A stretch of DNA of 64,000 nt from Pelagomonas calceolata (Eukaryota): NCBI GenBank assembly GCA_918797485.1, contig CAKKNE010000005.1, forward strand, positions 1,736,001 to 1,800,000, written 5' to 3'. Numbering within the stretch: the first letter of the stretch is position 1; each line of letters starts with the position of its first letter. The notes beneath the pieces are model-generated. The model did no database searches and had not been told where the DNA came from. It saw nothing but the letters and a program-made list of their open reading frames with translations. Of this stretch, positions 51,797 through 61,547 are shown piece after piece. The position numbers and the translations under genes are program-made.

Positions 51797-52466
51797 TGCA
51801 GAAAGGCACATTTAGCCCACGATGCGAAGGTCCAGGCGATTGATTCACAGCAGCGAGCGAGCTTAGTACTGGCCTGCACTACATCTACTTGAGCCTAGGC
51901 GTCCAAAAAGCGCCACATCCCTGGGGCAGTAGTAAGGACAAAACGCAAGATTAGTTCCCCGCCTATCGGCGAGGCTCGACGGCGAGGCACAAATTTCATA
52001 CATTTTGTTGGGTCAGAGCGCCGGCCCGGGCGAAGTCGCAACGGCAACTTAACTTGAACGCGAGCCCCACCGAACCGCGACTTGAACGTCGATTACTAAG
52101 TTTGAATGAGAGAATTCGATCCATTCTGCGATTTCAGGGCGAATGTGCGGGAAATCTTACCCTACCCGGTGACCCCGGGCCGGACTCCGAGCCTGAGTCC
52201 GCCGGCGAGTCGGACTCGCCGGAGGCTCAGGCTGCGGCCGGGCCAGTCACGGTGCCTCGGGTACGGGGGCACTCTCTCTCTCTTGGCCGCCTAGGACCCT
52301 CGCTACATTATACCGCGCTACGGCATTCTCTTGCTAGCCTCGATACGCGCTTGTAGCGTCCATAATTAAATAGATACATGGCGGTCTAGACTCGGAAGAT
52401 ATAGTACATGCTACATGCGCGTATCCGAAACCGGGCCGGTGCCGCAGGTGCGCCGCACGACCACAA

Positions 52467-54623
52467 ATGGACGCGCCGCCGCGCCGCGCCCCGCCGGAGG
52501 CGTTGCGGAACGAGACCGCCCGCAGCCGCGCCATCGCCCACTTCGCGGCCTACTGGCTCTTCCTCCTCTTCATCCTCGCGGCCGTCTTCACGCCGCGCTA
52601 CACGCGGCACTTCTACAGGCAGACCGCCGCCGTGCGGGAGCCCCTGCTGCGGAACGAGATCCTGGACAACGTGTTCCTCGAGAACGCCATGAGCGCCGAG
52701 CAGGTCTACCTCGCGCTCGAGACGCTGCTTGTGCCGCACGCGTTCCAGGATCGCTACTACGCCGGCCTCGTGCCGGGGTCCGTGGACGCGCGGGGGCGCT
52801 ACGGGCGCGGGCAGGCCTTCTCGCGCGACGACAAGACGCTGAAGTACCGCCCGCGCTACACGGCCATGGCCCTGCTCGCGCTCGGGCGCGTGCGCCTGCG
52901 GCAGCTGCGCGTGCGGGCGGACGGCGGCGCGGCGTGCCGGGCTCCCGGGTTCCTGAAGGCATTCTACGCGACGCACGCCGGCGCCGGCGCGCCGGCGCGG
53001 TGCTTCGCACGCTACTCGCGCGCGGACCAAGACGCGGGCGACCTGGCGCTGCGCGACCCCGCGGACGGGGCGGACCTGGCGCTCGAGTACCGGGCCTCCA
53101 GCGACGGCGGGGGGTGGGTGTCGCCTTACTCGAAGGTGGACTACGGGCCGGGCGGCCAGGTCAAAGACCTGCGCGTGGGCGCACGGCTCGCGCGCGAGGA
53201 TCTGCGCCAGCTGCGGCGCGCGGGCTTCGTGGACAACGCCACGCGCGCCGTCTTTGCGGACATGAGCTGGTACAACCCGAACGTCGACATGTTCACGCAC
53301 GCCCGCCTCGCGTTCGAGTTCCTGCCCGCGGGCAAGGTGCGGCCGACCGTCGCCGTCGACTCGGCGCCCCTGCTGCACGACCAGCGCGCGTTGAAGGGCG
53401 AGCCGCCCTACGCGCCGCGCGACCGCGCGGCCGTGCTGCTGGAGATCGCGCTCTACTTGATGAGCTTCTGGTACCTCGTGCGCGTGACCGAGGACGTCAC
53501 CGACTACGCGTCGCTCAAGGCCTACCTCGCCGTCGGCTGGAACGTCGCCGACGTTGCCAGCGTGGCGTGCTTCGTCGTCGCCCTGGTCATGCGCGTCGTC
53601 ACTTATTTAAAGATGTTGATGGGCCACGTCAACACCTTCAGCGAGGACGTGGCCGCCGACCAGCACGCGGACCTCGGCGGCGCGGCGAGCTACGACAAGT
53701 ACATCCGGCTGCGCCTCACGTTCCAGTACTACCGCTACGGCCGGAACTTCCTCGCGGCGGGCGTCCTCGTGAACTTCGTCAAGGCCTTCAAGTTCCTGAG
53801 CGTGTCGCGGCAGCTGTCGCAGTTCACGCGGACGATCTACGTCGTGTCGGCCGAGATGCTCAACGTGCTGCTGATCCTGGCCATCGTCCTCGTGGGCTTC
53901 GCGATCGCGTTCCACGTGCTGCTCGGCCACGCGATCGCCAAGTACCGGACGTTCTCCGACGCCGCGATCACGCTGCTGCTGGTCGTGTTCGGGGACTTCG
54001 ACCTGGAGGAGATCATCGCCTTCGCGCCGCTGCTGGGCGTGGCGCTCATGCTCACGTTCGTCGTGATCATGACGTTCATCATCCTCACGATGCTGCTCAA
54101 GATCGTGGACGTCAGCTACGGCGAGGTGCTGGAGGAGATATCGGGGGGCGAGGGGGACCTCGCGCGGGACATGCGCCTCGCGCTCTACCGCGTCGCCTAC
54201 GACGCCTACTGGACGGTCCAGATCCGCTGCACGCTCTGCCGCGCGCGGGGCGCGCTCGCGCGGACCGCCGGCCCGGGCGGGGCGCACGCCCAGAAGCCGC
54301 CCGCGCGAGTCGGCGCGGGCCCGCGCGCGCCGCCCGACGGGGCCGCCGCCGCCGAGGAGGCCGCCGCGGCGGTGGCGCCCGCCGACGGCCGGAGCGACCT
54401 GCGGCGCGCGCTCGCCAAGCGGGAGGCCCACCTCAAGAAGCGGTCGCGGGCCTTCGACCCGGACGCCGAGCGGAGGCTGCTCGTCGACCACTTCATACGC
54501 GAGGGCAGGGACGTGTTCGAGGGCGACGTGGAGGGGTCGGACGTCGGCGACCGGTTCGCGAAGGTCCTCGGCCAGCAGGCGGCCCTGGCGGAGCTCTCGG
54601 GGAAATTCGCAGAAGTATCCTAG
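52467..54623 (+). CDS. PKD2: Polycystin-2 (TRPP)-like cation channel
   Basis: LGRVRLRQLRV, GFVDNATRAVF.D.SWYNPNVDMF..ARLAFEF.PAG, WN.ADV, KAFKFL, AFHVLLG....YRTF..A..TL...FGDFD, multiple TM helices. Confidence 0.88.
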   Translation: MDAPPRRAPPEALRNETARSRAIAHFAAYWLFLLFILAAVFTPRYTRHFYRQTAAVREPLLRNEILDNVFLENAMSAEQVYLALETLLVPHAFQDRYYAGLVPGSVDARGRYGRGQAFSRDDKTLKYRPRYTAMALLALGRVRLRQLRVRADGGAACRAPGFLKAFYATHAGAGAPARCFARYSRADQDAGDLALRDPADGADLALEYRASSDGGGWVSPYSKVDYGPGGQVKDLRVGARLAREDLRQLRRAGFVDNATRAVFADMSWYNPNVDMFTHARLAFEFLPAGKVRPTVAVDSAPLLHDQRALKGEPPYAPRDRAAVLLEIALYLMSFWYLVRVTEDVTDYASLKAYLAVGWNVADVASVACFVVALVMRVVTYLKMLMGHVNTFSEDVAADQHADLGGAASYDKYIRLRLTFQYYRYGRNFLAAGVLVNFVKAFKFLSVSRQLSQFTRTIYVVSAEMLNVLLILAIVLVGFAIAFHVLLGHAIAKYRTFSDAAITLLLVVFGDFDLEEIIAFAPLLGVALMLTFVVIMTFIILTMLLKIVDVSYGEVLEEISGGEGDLARDMRLALYRVAYDAYWTVQIRCTLCRARGALARTAGPGGAHAQKPPARVGAGPRAPPDGAAAAEEAAAAVAPADGRSDLRRALAKREAHLKKRSRAFDPDAERRLLVDHFIREGRDVFEGDVEGSDVGDRFAKVLGQQAALAELSGKFAEVS

Positions 54624-55232
54624 TACTAGTAGTAGGCCGCGTGATTGTATCGAGCTAAGTCGAGTGATAAAGTCGACGCTCGCGAGTCGCCGCCTAAGCG
54701 CCTCAGTGGCACCCCAAATTGAACGCGAGAGAGAGAGAGACGAGAGGAGAGAGAGACGGAGAGAAACGGTTCAAAATACCCGCTCCGCCGTAGTCGCAAG
54801 GCGCGCTAAACCCGTAATCATCTATCAGGGGGGCATCCCTTTTCGAGAAGGAGGGAGGCCCATGCGACCACCTTACTCCGTCCTAGCCCGACGGATGGGC
54901 CCCGGAGGAGCGGGAGCGACTAGGGGGTCGCGCGCCGAACTACCCTTCTGTTAGCGTCGGGCCTCGGGCGCCGCGTCGACAGTCGTAGGCGTAGTCGGCG
55001 CGGCGCGGCTCGACGACGCGTCCACCAGTCGCACCACCTCTGGCGCAGAGTCCAGGGAGCTTTGGCGACTTGTATATTGCTCCGCTCCGGCGAATCATTT
55101 TCCAATAGCGAAGAGCTTCTATCCCTAGGCCTGTAAGACACTAGCACACCAATCGACGCAACAGGTCGGTTATCGCACTAATTATCGCCTGTACGGTTAT
55201 CGCCTGTAAGAGGCACTCCGACTGTAGAAACC

Positions 55233-57506
55233 ATGGACGCGTACGCCGCCCCGGCTGGCGACGCCTTCCGCGCGCCCAAGTGCACGCCGGTGACGCTGTA
55301 CCAGAGCGAGGAGAAGCCCCCCGCCGAGTCCGCGTCGTCCCAGCTCGCCGCCTGCGAAGGCTTCCTGGCGTATGCGATCAAGGGCGGCAAGATCCGCGTC
55401 CTGGCTCGGGGGTCGGCAACTCGCACGCTGCTCCGCGGCCACTCCCAGCGCATCGTCGACCTGGCCTTTGGCGGCGGCGCCGCCGGCGCCGCCGCGTCCC
55501 TCGCCTCGTGCTGCGCGGGCGGCCGCCTCTGCACTTGGACCGTGCGCGAGGGGCCCGGCGGCGACGAGGTCGCGCACGAGCGCGGACCGGAACTAGAAAT
55601 CGCGGGCGCGGTCCGCCTCGCGTGGCGCCCCGGCCCCGCGCCCCCCCCCGCCCTCGCGGTCGCGGGCGAGGCGGGGGCGGTCGTCGTCGCCGACGCGCGC
55701 GACGCGGCCTCGCTGAAGCAGCTCCCGCGGGGCGGCTCTAGTTGCCACGACGTCGGCTGGAGCGCCGACGGCGCGGCGCTCGCGACGGCGGCGGCCGACG
55801 GCCGCGTCCGCGTCTTCGACGACCGCCTGGAGCTCGTGGCGGACTTCGCGCCCGCCGGCGGCGCCCCCGTGCACGCCGTTGCGTTCCTCGCCGGCGACCG
55901 CCTCGCGACGGCCGTCGACGGCGGCGAGACGATTAGCCTGTGGACGGTGGCGCCGGGCGACGCCCCGCGCCGCGACCACGCCCTGGCGCTCGCCCGGCCG
56001 CCCGCGAACACAAGACCCGCCCGCGCGCGCCGCGTCGCCGCGGCCGGCGGCGGCGCGTTCGTCCTGGTCACGGCGGCGGCCCCCGCGACGGACGCCGCCG
56101 CCGACGAGAGCGCCGGGGCGGCGCTCTACGTCGCGCACGTGGACGCGGAGACGAATAAAATCGACCACGTCGCGCCGTTCGCCGTGTCTCAGCCGGTCCT
56201 CTCGCTCGCCGCGCTCGACGCGGACCTCACGGACGACGCCAACGACGCCGAGGCCGACGCGGAGCCGGCGGGCTTCGAGATACAGCTCTTCTGCGTCCAG
56301 ACTCGCGCGATTCAGCAGTACTTTCTCCGTCCGTCCGCCCTGTACCCCGCCACGACGGCGCCCGCCACGACGGCGCCCGCCACGGCGGCGGCGGCGGCGC
56401 CCGCCACGGAGGACCCGCCAGCGCGCCAGCGTGCGACCGGTCGCCCCCTCGCCGTGATATTTTGATTTCCGCACAGGCTGCAGAAGTTCGCGGCGCTCCA
56501 TCTCTCGCCGGAGCCGCGGCCGACGCCCGCCGCGCCCGCGCCGCCGCCGGCGCCCGCGGCGCTCGCGTTTGACGTAGCCGCCGCGCCCACGCCGCCCCCG
56601 GCGCCAGCGGCGCTCGCGTTTGACGTGGCCGCGTTCGCCGCCGAAGCAAAGGCCGAAGCGGCCGCTGCGGCGGTGTCCGCCGTACGCACCGTCACCGCCA
56701 CCGTCACGCAGCTCGTCGACGCGTCGCTGGCGCGCGCGGCAGCGGCGCAAGAAGCATCGACGCGCTCGATCGCGACGCAGCTAGACCGCATCTCTGCGGC
56801 AGACGCGGACGCCCCGCGTGCCCGCGCCGCGGCGATGCGGTTGGGGGCCATGGAGGGCTCGGGGGTCGCCATCAAGCAGGTGCTGCCCGAGGTGCTCGCG
56901 CGCGTCGACGCCCTGGAGAAGAAGATAGACGTGCGCGTCGACGCCCTGGAGAAGAAGATAGACGTGCGCGTCGACGCCCTAGAGAAGAAGATAGACGCCA
57001 TTCTGGCCGCAACCGCTTCGGCTCCACCCGCTTCGGCCGCCACCGCTTCGGAGCCACCGGCCGCAACTTCCTCTACCGATGTGCGCACGCGGTGCCGAAT
57101 GCTCGCTAGCAGTGGCGACTACGACAGCGCGGTGTATCGGGCCGTCGAGCAGTCAGACGTCGACGTTCTCTTGTATGCGTTAGATGCCGTCGGCATCGAC
57201 AAGGTTCGAACGATGTCGCCTTTGCCGTTCGGACAGCTTACCTTGCTCTGCCTTGTTCAACAACTCGGGACAACACTGGCTCGGGACGACGCGGTTGATT
57301 TCAAGCTCGAATGGCTCCAGCTAGCTGTGCTCGGCCTCGACGCGTCCAACCCACGCATCGCGGACCACGTGCCGGCAGTCTTACTGCAGGTCAAAGCCTG
57401 CATGGAAGGGCTCCCTGCAGCCGTAACGGCGAGGCACCGCGAGCGCATCTCGCTGCTCGTCCACGTGTGCCAGTCGATCGGGTCGTCCGCCACGCGCCGG
57501 GCCTGA
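55233..57506 (+). CDS. EDC4: EDC4/Ge-1/Varicose-like decapping enhancer (WD40 + C-terminal domain); intron ending 56476 (donor probably GC at 56417)
   Basis: LAYAIKGGKIRVL....RTLLRGHSQRIVDLAF, QLFCVQTRAIQQY, C-terminal PLPFGQLTLLCLVQQL...KLEWLQ.AVL.LD..NP.I..HVP.VL. Confidence 0.82.
56900..56997 (+). repeat. 33-bp tandem repeat x3 in the EDC4-like CDS (RVDALEKKIDV)
   Basis: GCGCGTCGACGCCCTGGAGAAGAAGATAGACGT x3, nearly identical. Confidence 0.95.
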
Positions 57507-57640
57507 CTTCTGCCACCCCCTACCCATAGTTCTAGATGCACTTACTAGTTGAGGGCCCCAACAATTATTCGGAAAGGAGAGCCCGTCGTTCAACGGTCGT
57601 TGCCGGGCGTTGCTAGCCTATAGATGGTGGTTGCTAGGGG

Positions 57641-58778
57641 CTAGGTCTGCCGCCGGCCCGTCGCGCGACATAAATGCAGCCCGGTGCCGCGCCACTCAGC
57701 GGGGACGGCCTCGGGCGCCGTGAACGCCACGCGGTCGAAGAGATTTTCCAGGTCGGCGAAGAACGGTGCTTCGCGCGCGTCCACGCGGCGCTTGTACGCG
57801 AGGTAGACGACGGTGCGCGCGTCCGATACCTCTCCCAGCGTTCGCAACAGGGCCGGGAGTGCCGCCACGTCGTAGAGGCAGTCGGCGGCGACGACGACGT
57901 CCCACGGCCCCGCGAGCGCCGCCGGCAGGGGGGCGCCCCACGCCAGCGGTTCCACGCGCAGGCCCGCCGCGGCGCCGACGTTCGCCGCCACGTTCGCGCG
58001 GGCGAGTTCGATCGCCGCCGGCAGGTCCGTCATCGCGACCTCGCGCGCGCCCCGCAGCCAGCACGCGGTGCCCACGAGTCCGGTACCTGTGCCCAACTCC
58101 AGAACTTTCCCTGCAAACCGCCCCTCCTCCCGCCATTCGGGCAGCCGCGGCCTGTGCAAAAATCAACCAGTGAGTCGGGTGTCTTTCTCGGCAAAAACGC
58201 GGCCGTGTTGGCCAAGTCACGCGGTCAAAGAGAACCACACCGCCACACCATCGAGCTTGCGCCGCGTCAATGGCGTGGAGGTCATGATTCAGCAGTGGCG
58301 GAGACGCGCTGCGAAAATTGGATTTATGCACTGGCCGTGGCAACATGAAAGTCAAGGCCCGGCCCGCATTCCACAGGACGCCTGCAATACCGCCTTCTGT
58401 CATCTGCTGCGCGAGACGCAGCGTCTGCTTTCGCGGCCTGCCGTGGATCTCGGGCAGCACGCCCACATCCGCGAGGACGAACGGTTCCCGGGCAGCAGTG
58501 AAGTCGACGCCTAGCCTGTATTGATAATTCTTAGGGTACCTGATTCCGCAATAATTCTTAGGATAACCTGACGCACTGGTCGATTTCCACGCAGGGTCGA
58601 ACGCGCCGCCGCTCTTCGACGCGGGCCGGGCGAACAGGTCTGCGGCGGTGAGACCGAAGGGCACTGGAACAACCGGCAGAGAGCGTCGTCGGGCGGATGC
58701 AAACCATTCGCGCAACTGCGCCTTTTTATCGTCAGCAAGCGCTGCCATCTGATCGAGGTAGCCCCGTACCAGTACCAT
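57641..58778 (-). CDS. METTL21-family (Methyltransf_16) lysine methyltransferase; introns 58152-58341 and 58516-58590 (or -58602)
   Basis: GIAGVLWNAG, KVLELGTGTGLVG, V.MTDLP, LAWG, DVVVAADCLY, LAYKRR; splicing restores FMLPRLPEW. Confidence 0.88.
58152..58341 (-). mobile_element. Introner-type intron with 8-bp TSD and TIR
   Basis: TSD GCCGCGGC (58144-58151) / GCCGTGGC (58334-58341); TIR CTGTGCAAAAATC ... GATTTATGCACTG; GC donor from the TSD, AG acceptor in the TIR. Confidence 0.9.
58516..58594 (-). mobile_element. Second introner-related intron in the methyltransferase gene
   Basis: End CTGCGTGGAAATCGACCAGTGCGTC resembles CTGTGCAAAAATCAACCAGTGAGTC of the neighbouring introner; internal ATAATTCTTAGG duplication; TSD not recognisable. 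Confidence 0.65.
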
Positions 58779-58789
58779 ATCAGCAGCGG

Positions 58790-59248
58790 ATATGTTCAGG
58801 GGGGGGGGGGGGGAAAGCGTACCATACACCACCCTGGAAACCGGAAATCTCCCAGGCAGATCTACCTACCTACCTTTCTCAGCCGGAAGTCGTCCAACGC
58901 GTCTCAAAAAGGGCGGAAATGATTAAACAACCCGTGGGAGGGCGCCCATTGGCTTTAATTGCTTTTAAAAGTAATTAATTTTTTAGCATTTTTAGCAAAA
59001 CACGAAAATAATTTCGACGTTCCAGGCGTCGCTTGTGGCGCCCCTACGACCCCAAACCTCCTCCATTCACTGGCGCATCACATCACACGTTCATGCGCGC
59101 TGCGCCATACCGCGGCGGTCAGCCGCGCGCGCGGAAACGCAAAGCCTCTATTGGTAAAAACAGAATCTCAGCAGTGACCTACCTACCTACCCCTCTAGTA
59201 GGTTCGGGGTGGTGTCTAGTACGCAAAATTTCCCCCCCCTTGGATATG
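58790..59248. mobile_element. MITE-like element with G-run TIRs
   Basis: Left (G)nAAAGCGTACCATACACCACCC vs right GGGTGGTGTCTAGTACGCAAAATTT(C)n; subterminal CTACCTACCTACC near both ends. Confidence 0.65.
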
Positions 59249-59260
59249 TTAGTTATTAAC

Positions 59261-59366
59261 GACGCTACGGACAATGCCGAGCAAAGGGCAGCTATTATCA
59301 CCAAGCTGGCCGACCACATGCGACGCTACGGAGAGCGCTGAGCAAAGGGCAGCTAGTATCACCAAT
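59261..59366 (+). repeat. Imperfect 61-bp tandem duplication
   Basis: GACGCTACGGA...GAGCAAAGGGCAGCTA(T/G)TATCACCAA twice. Confidence 0.8.
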
Positions 59367-59427
59367 CCCCCCTGACGAACACACAAAGTCCTTACTGAGG
59401 ACGCCGGGCGACACCGGAGAGGCCAAC

Positions 59428-61335
59428 ATGCTCTCGCTCGCCGGGCGACGGCCAGGTGCTCGTCTCTATGCGCGGGAGGACAAGCCCTCGCACCGCAGCA
59501 AGACGACAAGCCCGTCCTACCTCCGTCCCCTGCACCGCTCGTACCGCGTGGAGGCGCTGGGTCCAGACTCGATTAAACCTTTGGTCGAACTTGGGTTCTG
59601 GTCCAAGTCGGTTGAAGTGCGGCGGGACAGCGCCGCAGCCCTATCAACCTTAGCGCGGAATCCGGATAACCTCGGGACGCTAGGACGCTCGGGCGCCCTT
59701 GGCGCCACGCTGTCACTGCTGATTTCCACCGACGACGCCTGCGTGCGCGACGCGACGTTGACGTTGGGCCAACTCGTCCAGTGCGTGGAGCTGGCGGACC
59801 GCTTTATGGAGCGGACCGGGGGGCTCGAGACCGTGCTGGGCCTGCTGCGTTCGCCCGCGCCACGGCCCGCGCTGGTGGTGGTCGCGAATTTGGCGTGTCA
59901 GCGGGGCGCGGCCGACGCGATCGTCGCACGGGGCGGGCTCCGGCCGCTCGTCGCGCTCTTGCGCGCGCCGCGGCACGACATTCGCAACGAGGCGGCGGGC
60001 GTCGTCGCAGAGCTCGCGCGGCGCGCGCGCGACCGGACGGCGCTCGGCGCGGACGGCGCGGTCGTCCGGGCGGTGCTCGCCCTGCTCGCGGGAGAGTTCA
60101 CGGACCGCGAGGCGGCCGTCGAGGCCGCAGTCGTCGGGTTCGTCGCCGCGCTCGCGGCCGGGCCGGCCGCCGCGGCCGCACTCATCGAGCACGGCGGCGT
60201 GACCACGCTGTGCGCAAAGCTACGGGATCAGAGCCCGCCGCTCGAGATGGTCGCGAAACTGCTCCGAGCCATCCTGGCCCTCGCAGCGGCGCCCGCCGCG
60301 CGCGCGGCGCTGGTGGCCGCCGGCGCGCTCGACGCAGTCGCGGCCTGCGCATTTGCAGAACTCCCGGCCCGTTACGGCGTAGTGTCACTGTCGGTGCTTG
60401 GGCCAGTCGACGGTGCTGCGGGCGGCACGCCGGCGCCGCGCGGCGGGGGCGAGGGGGGCGGCGCGGGCGGCGCGGCCGCGCTCGCGGCCGCGCTCGCCGA
60501 CCCCCATGCTGCCCCGCGTCGTGTCGTCGTGACCGCAGTAGAAGTCGTCGACGCTCTCTCGCAGGACGCCGAGGGCGCCGCCGCGGTCGTCGACGCCAGA
60601 GTTCTCCCGCACGTCTTGCCGGTGGCAACGGTAACCTTTCGACGCGACAGACGTTTAGGCCGCGCGTCCGCGCATATCATCCGGCGCTGCGCGCTCGCCG
60701 CGCGCGACCAGCCATCCGAGGCTGCGTCGCGCCGCTTGGCGCATGCGCTCGCTTCCCAAGGAGCGATCGCTGCGCTGGGTCATCACTTGGGAAGCAGTGA
60801 TTTGGATTCGCAGTCGTCTTCGGCACACGCCTTGGCTGCCCTCAGCGACGCGCGCGACGTGACCGCCGCGTTGACGCGGCCGGCCGTCCTTACTTCATTG
60901 GTGGCGCTCCTTCACCTCCCGGAGCCCGAGGCGGCATGTCGGCTAATCGCATGCGTCGCCGACAAACCGCGCGCCGCGAGGGTTCTGCTGGACGGCGGCG
61001 CCGCGGCTTCGTTGTTGGGGTTGTTGGGGCCCGCCCTGGGCCGGAGCGCCCGCTACGCCGTGGACCTGCTTAACGCTGTACAACGGCTGCTCGAGGCCGC
61101 GACGCCTGCCGAGCGCGACGCCGCGGCCCGCCATGGTGGCCTTCGTGTCGTCCGCCGCGTGGCGAACACCGACCACCCGGCTAGGGCTGCGGCGAAGGGC
61201 GTTTTGCGAGCTCTCAAGGAGGAGGCGTCGCTATTGCTCGTGCAGCTGGCGATCCTCTCGTTCCTTAGACGCTTCCGCGACCCGGCGTGGCGGCGCAGGT
61301 TCCGCGCGCGGCAGAGGCCGAGAAGAGATGGATAA
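59428..61335 (+). CDS. Armadillo-repeat protein
   Basis: 635-aa ORF with repeated helical units (GALGATLSLL, GGLETVLGLL, GGLRPLVALL, GAIAALGHHL); GC3-rich coding pattern. Confidence 0.75.
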   Translation: MLSLAGRRPGARLYAREDKPSHRSKTTSPSYLRPLHRSYRVEALGPDSIKPLVELGFWSKSVEVRRDSAAALSTLARNPDNLGTLGRSGALGATLSLLISTDDACVRDATLTLGQLVQCVELADRFMERTGGLETVLGLLRSPAPRPALVVVANLACQRGAADAIVARGGLRPLVALLRAPRHDIRNEAAGVVAELARRARDRTALGADGAVVRAVLALLAGEFTDREAAVEAAVVGFVAALAAGPAAAAALIEHGGVTTLCAKLRDQSPPLEMVAKLLRAILALAAAPAARAALVAAGALDAVAACAFAELPARYGVVSLSVLGPVDGAAGGTPAPRGGGEGGGAGGAAALAAALADPHAAPRRVVVTAVEVVDALSQDAEGAAAVVDARVLPHVLPVATVTFRRDRRLGRASAHIIRRCALAARDQPSEAASRRLAHALASQGAIAALGHHLGSSDLDSQSSSAHALAALSDARDVTAALTRPAVLTSLVALLHLPEPEAACRLIACVADKPRAARVLLDGGAAASLLGLLGPALGRSARYAVDLLNAVQRLLEAATPAERDAAARHGGLRVVRRVANTDHPARAAAKGVLRALKEEASLLLVQLAILSFLRRFRDPAWRRRFRARQRPRRDG

Positions 61336-61547
61336 GTTGCACGTCGAGGACGCTCCCCATGTGTAACATCAGGAATCCTCGGCAGCGTCCTCCCTTGGCC
61401 GATAAGACCGCCGCCGATTAAAGCGGTCTGCCTCGGCCCTCGGACTCCAGGAGTTTATTTATTCCGAGTCAAGTTCACACTGACAACCAGAGAAGGTAAA
61501 AAGAAGCGGTCGTGTGATTGAAAAAGCGTAAACATACTACGGCGTTG

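Noticed and set aside
58144..58151. Introner TSD GCCGCGGC fits the scar rule (XY=GC); GCCGCGGC and CGCCGGCG are common in GC-rich CDS
   Set aside because: Expected by chance at this GC content, so these two words were not counted as evidence.
59261..59366. Two direct repeats with a spacer, superficially CRISPR-like
   Set aside because: Only two units, the spacer parts also align, eukaryotic context, no cas genes.
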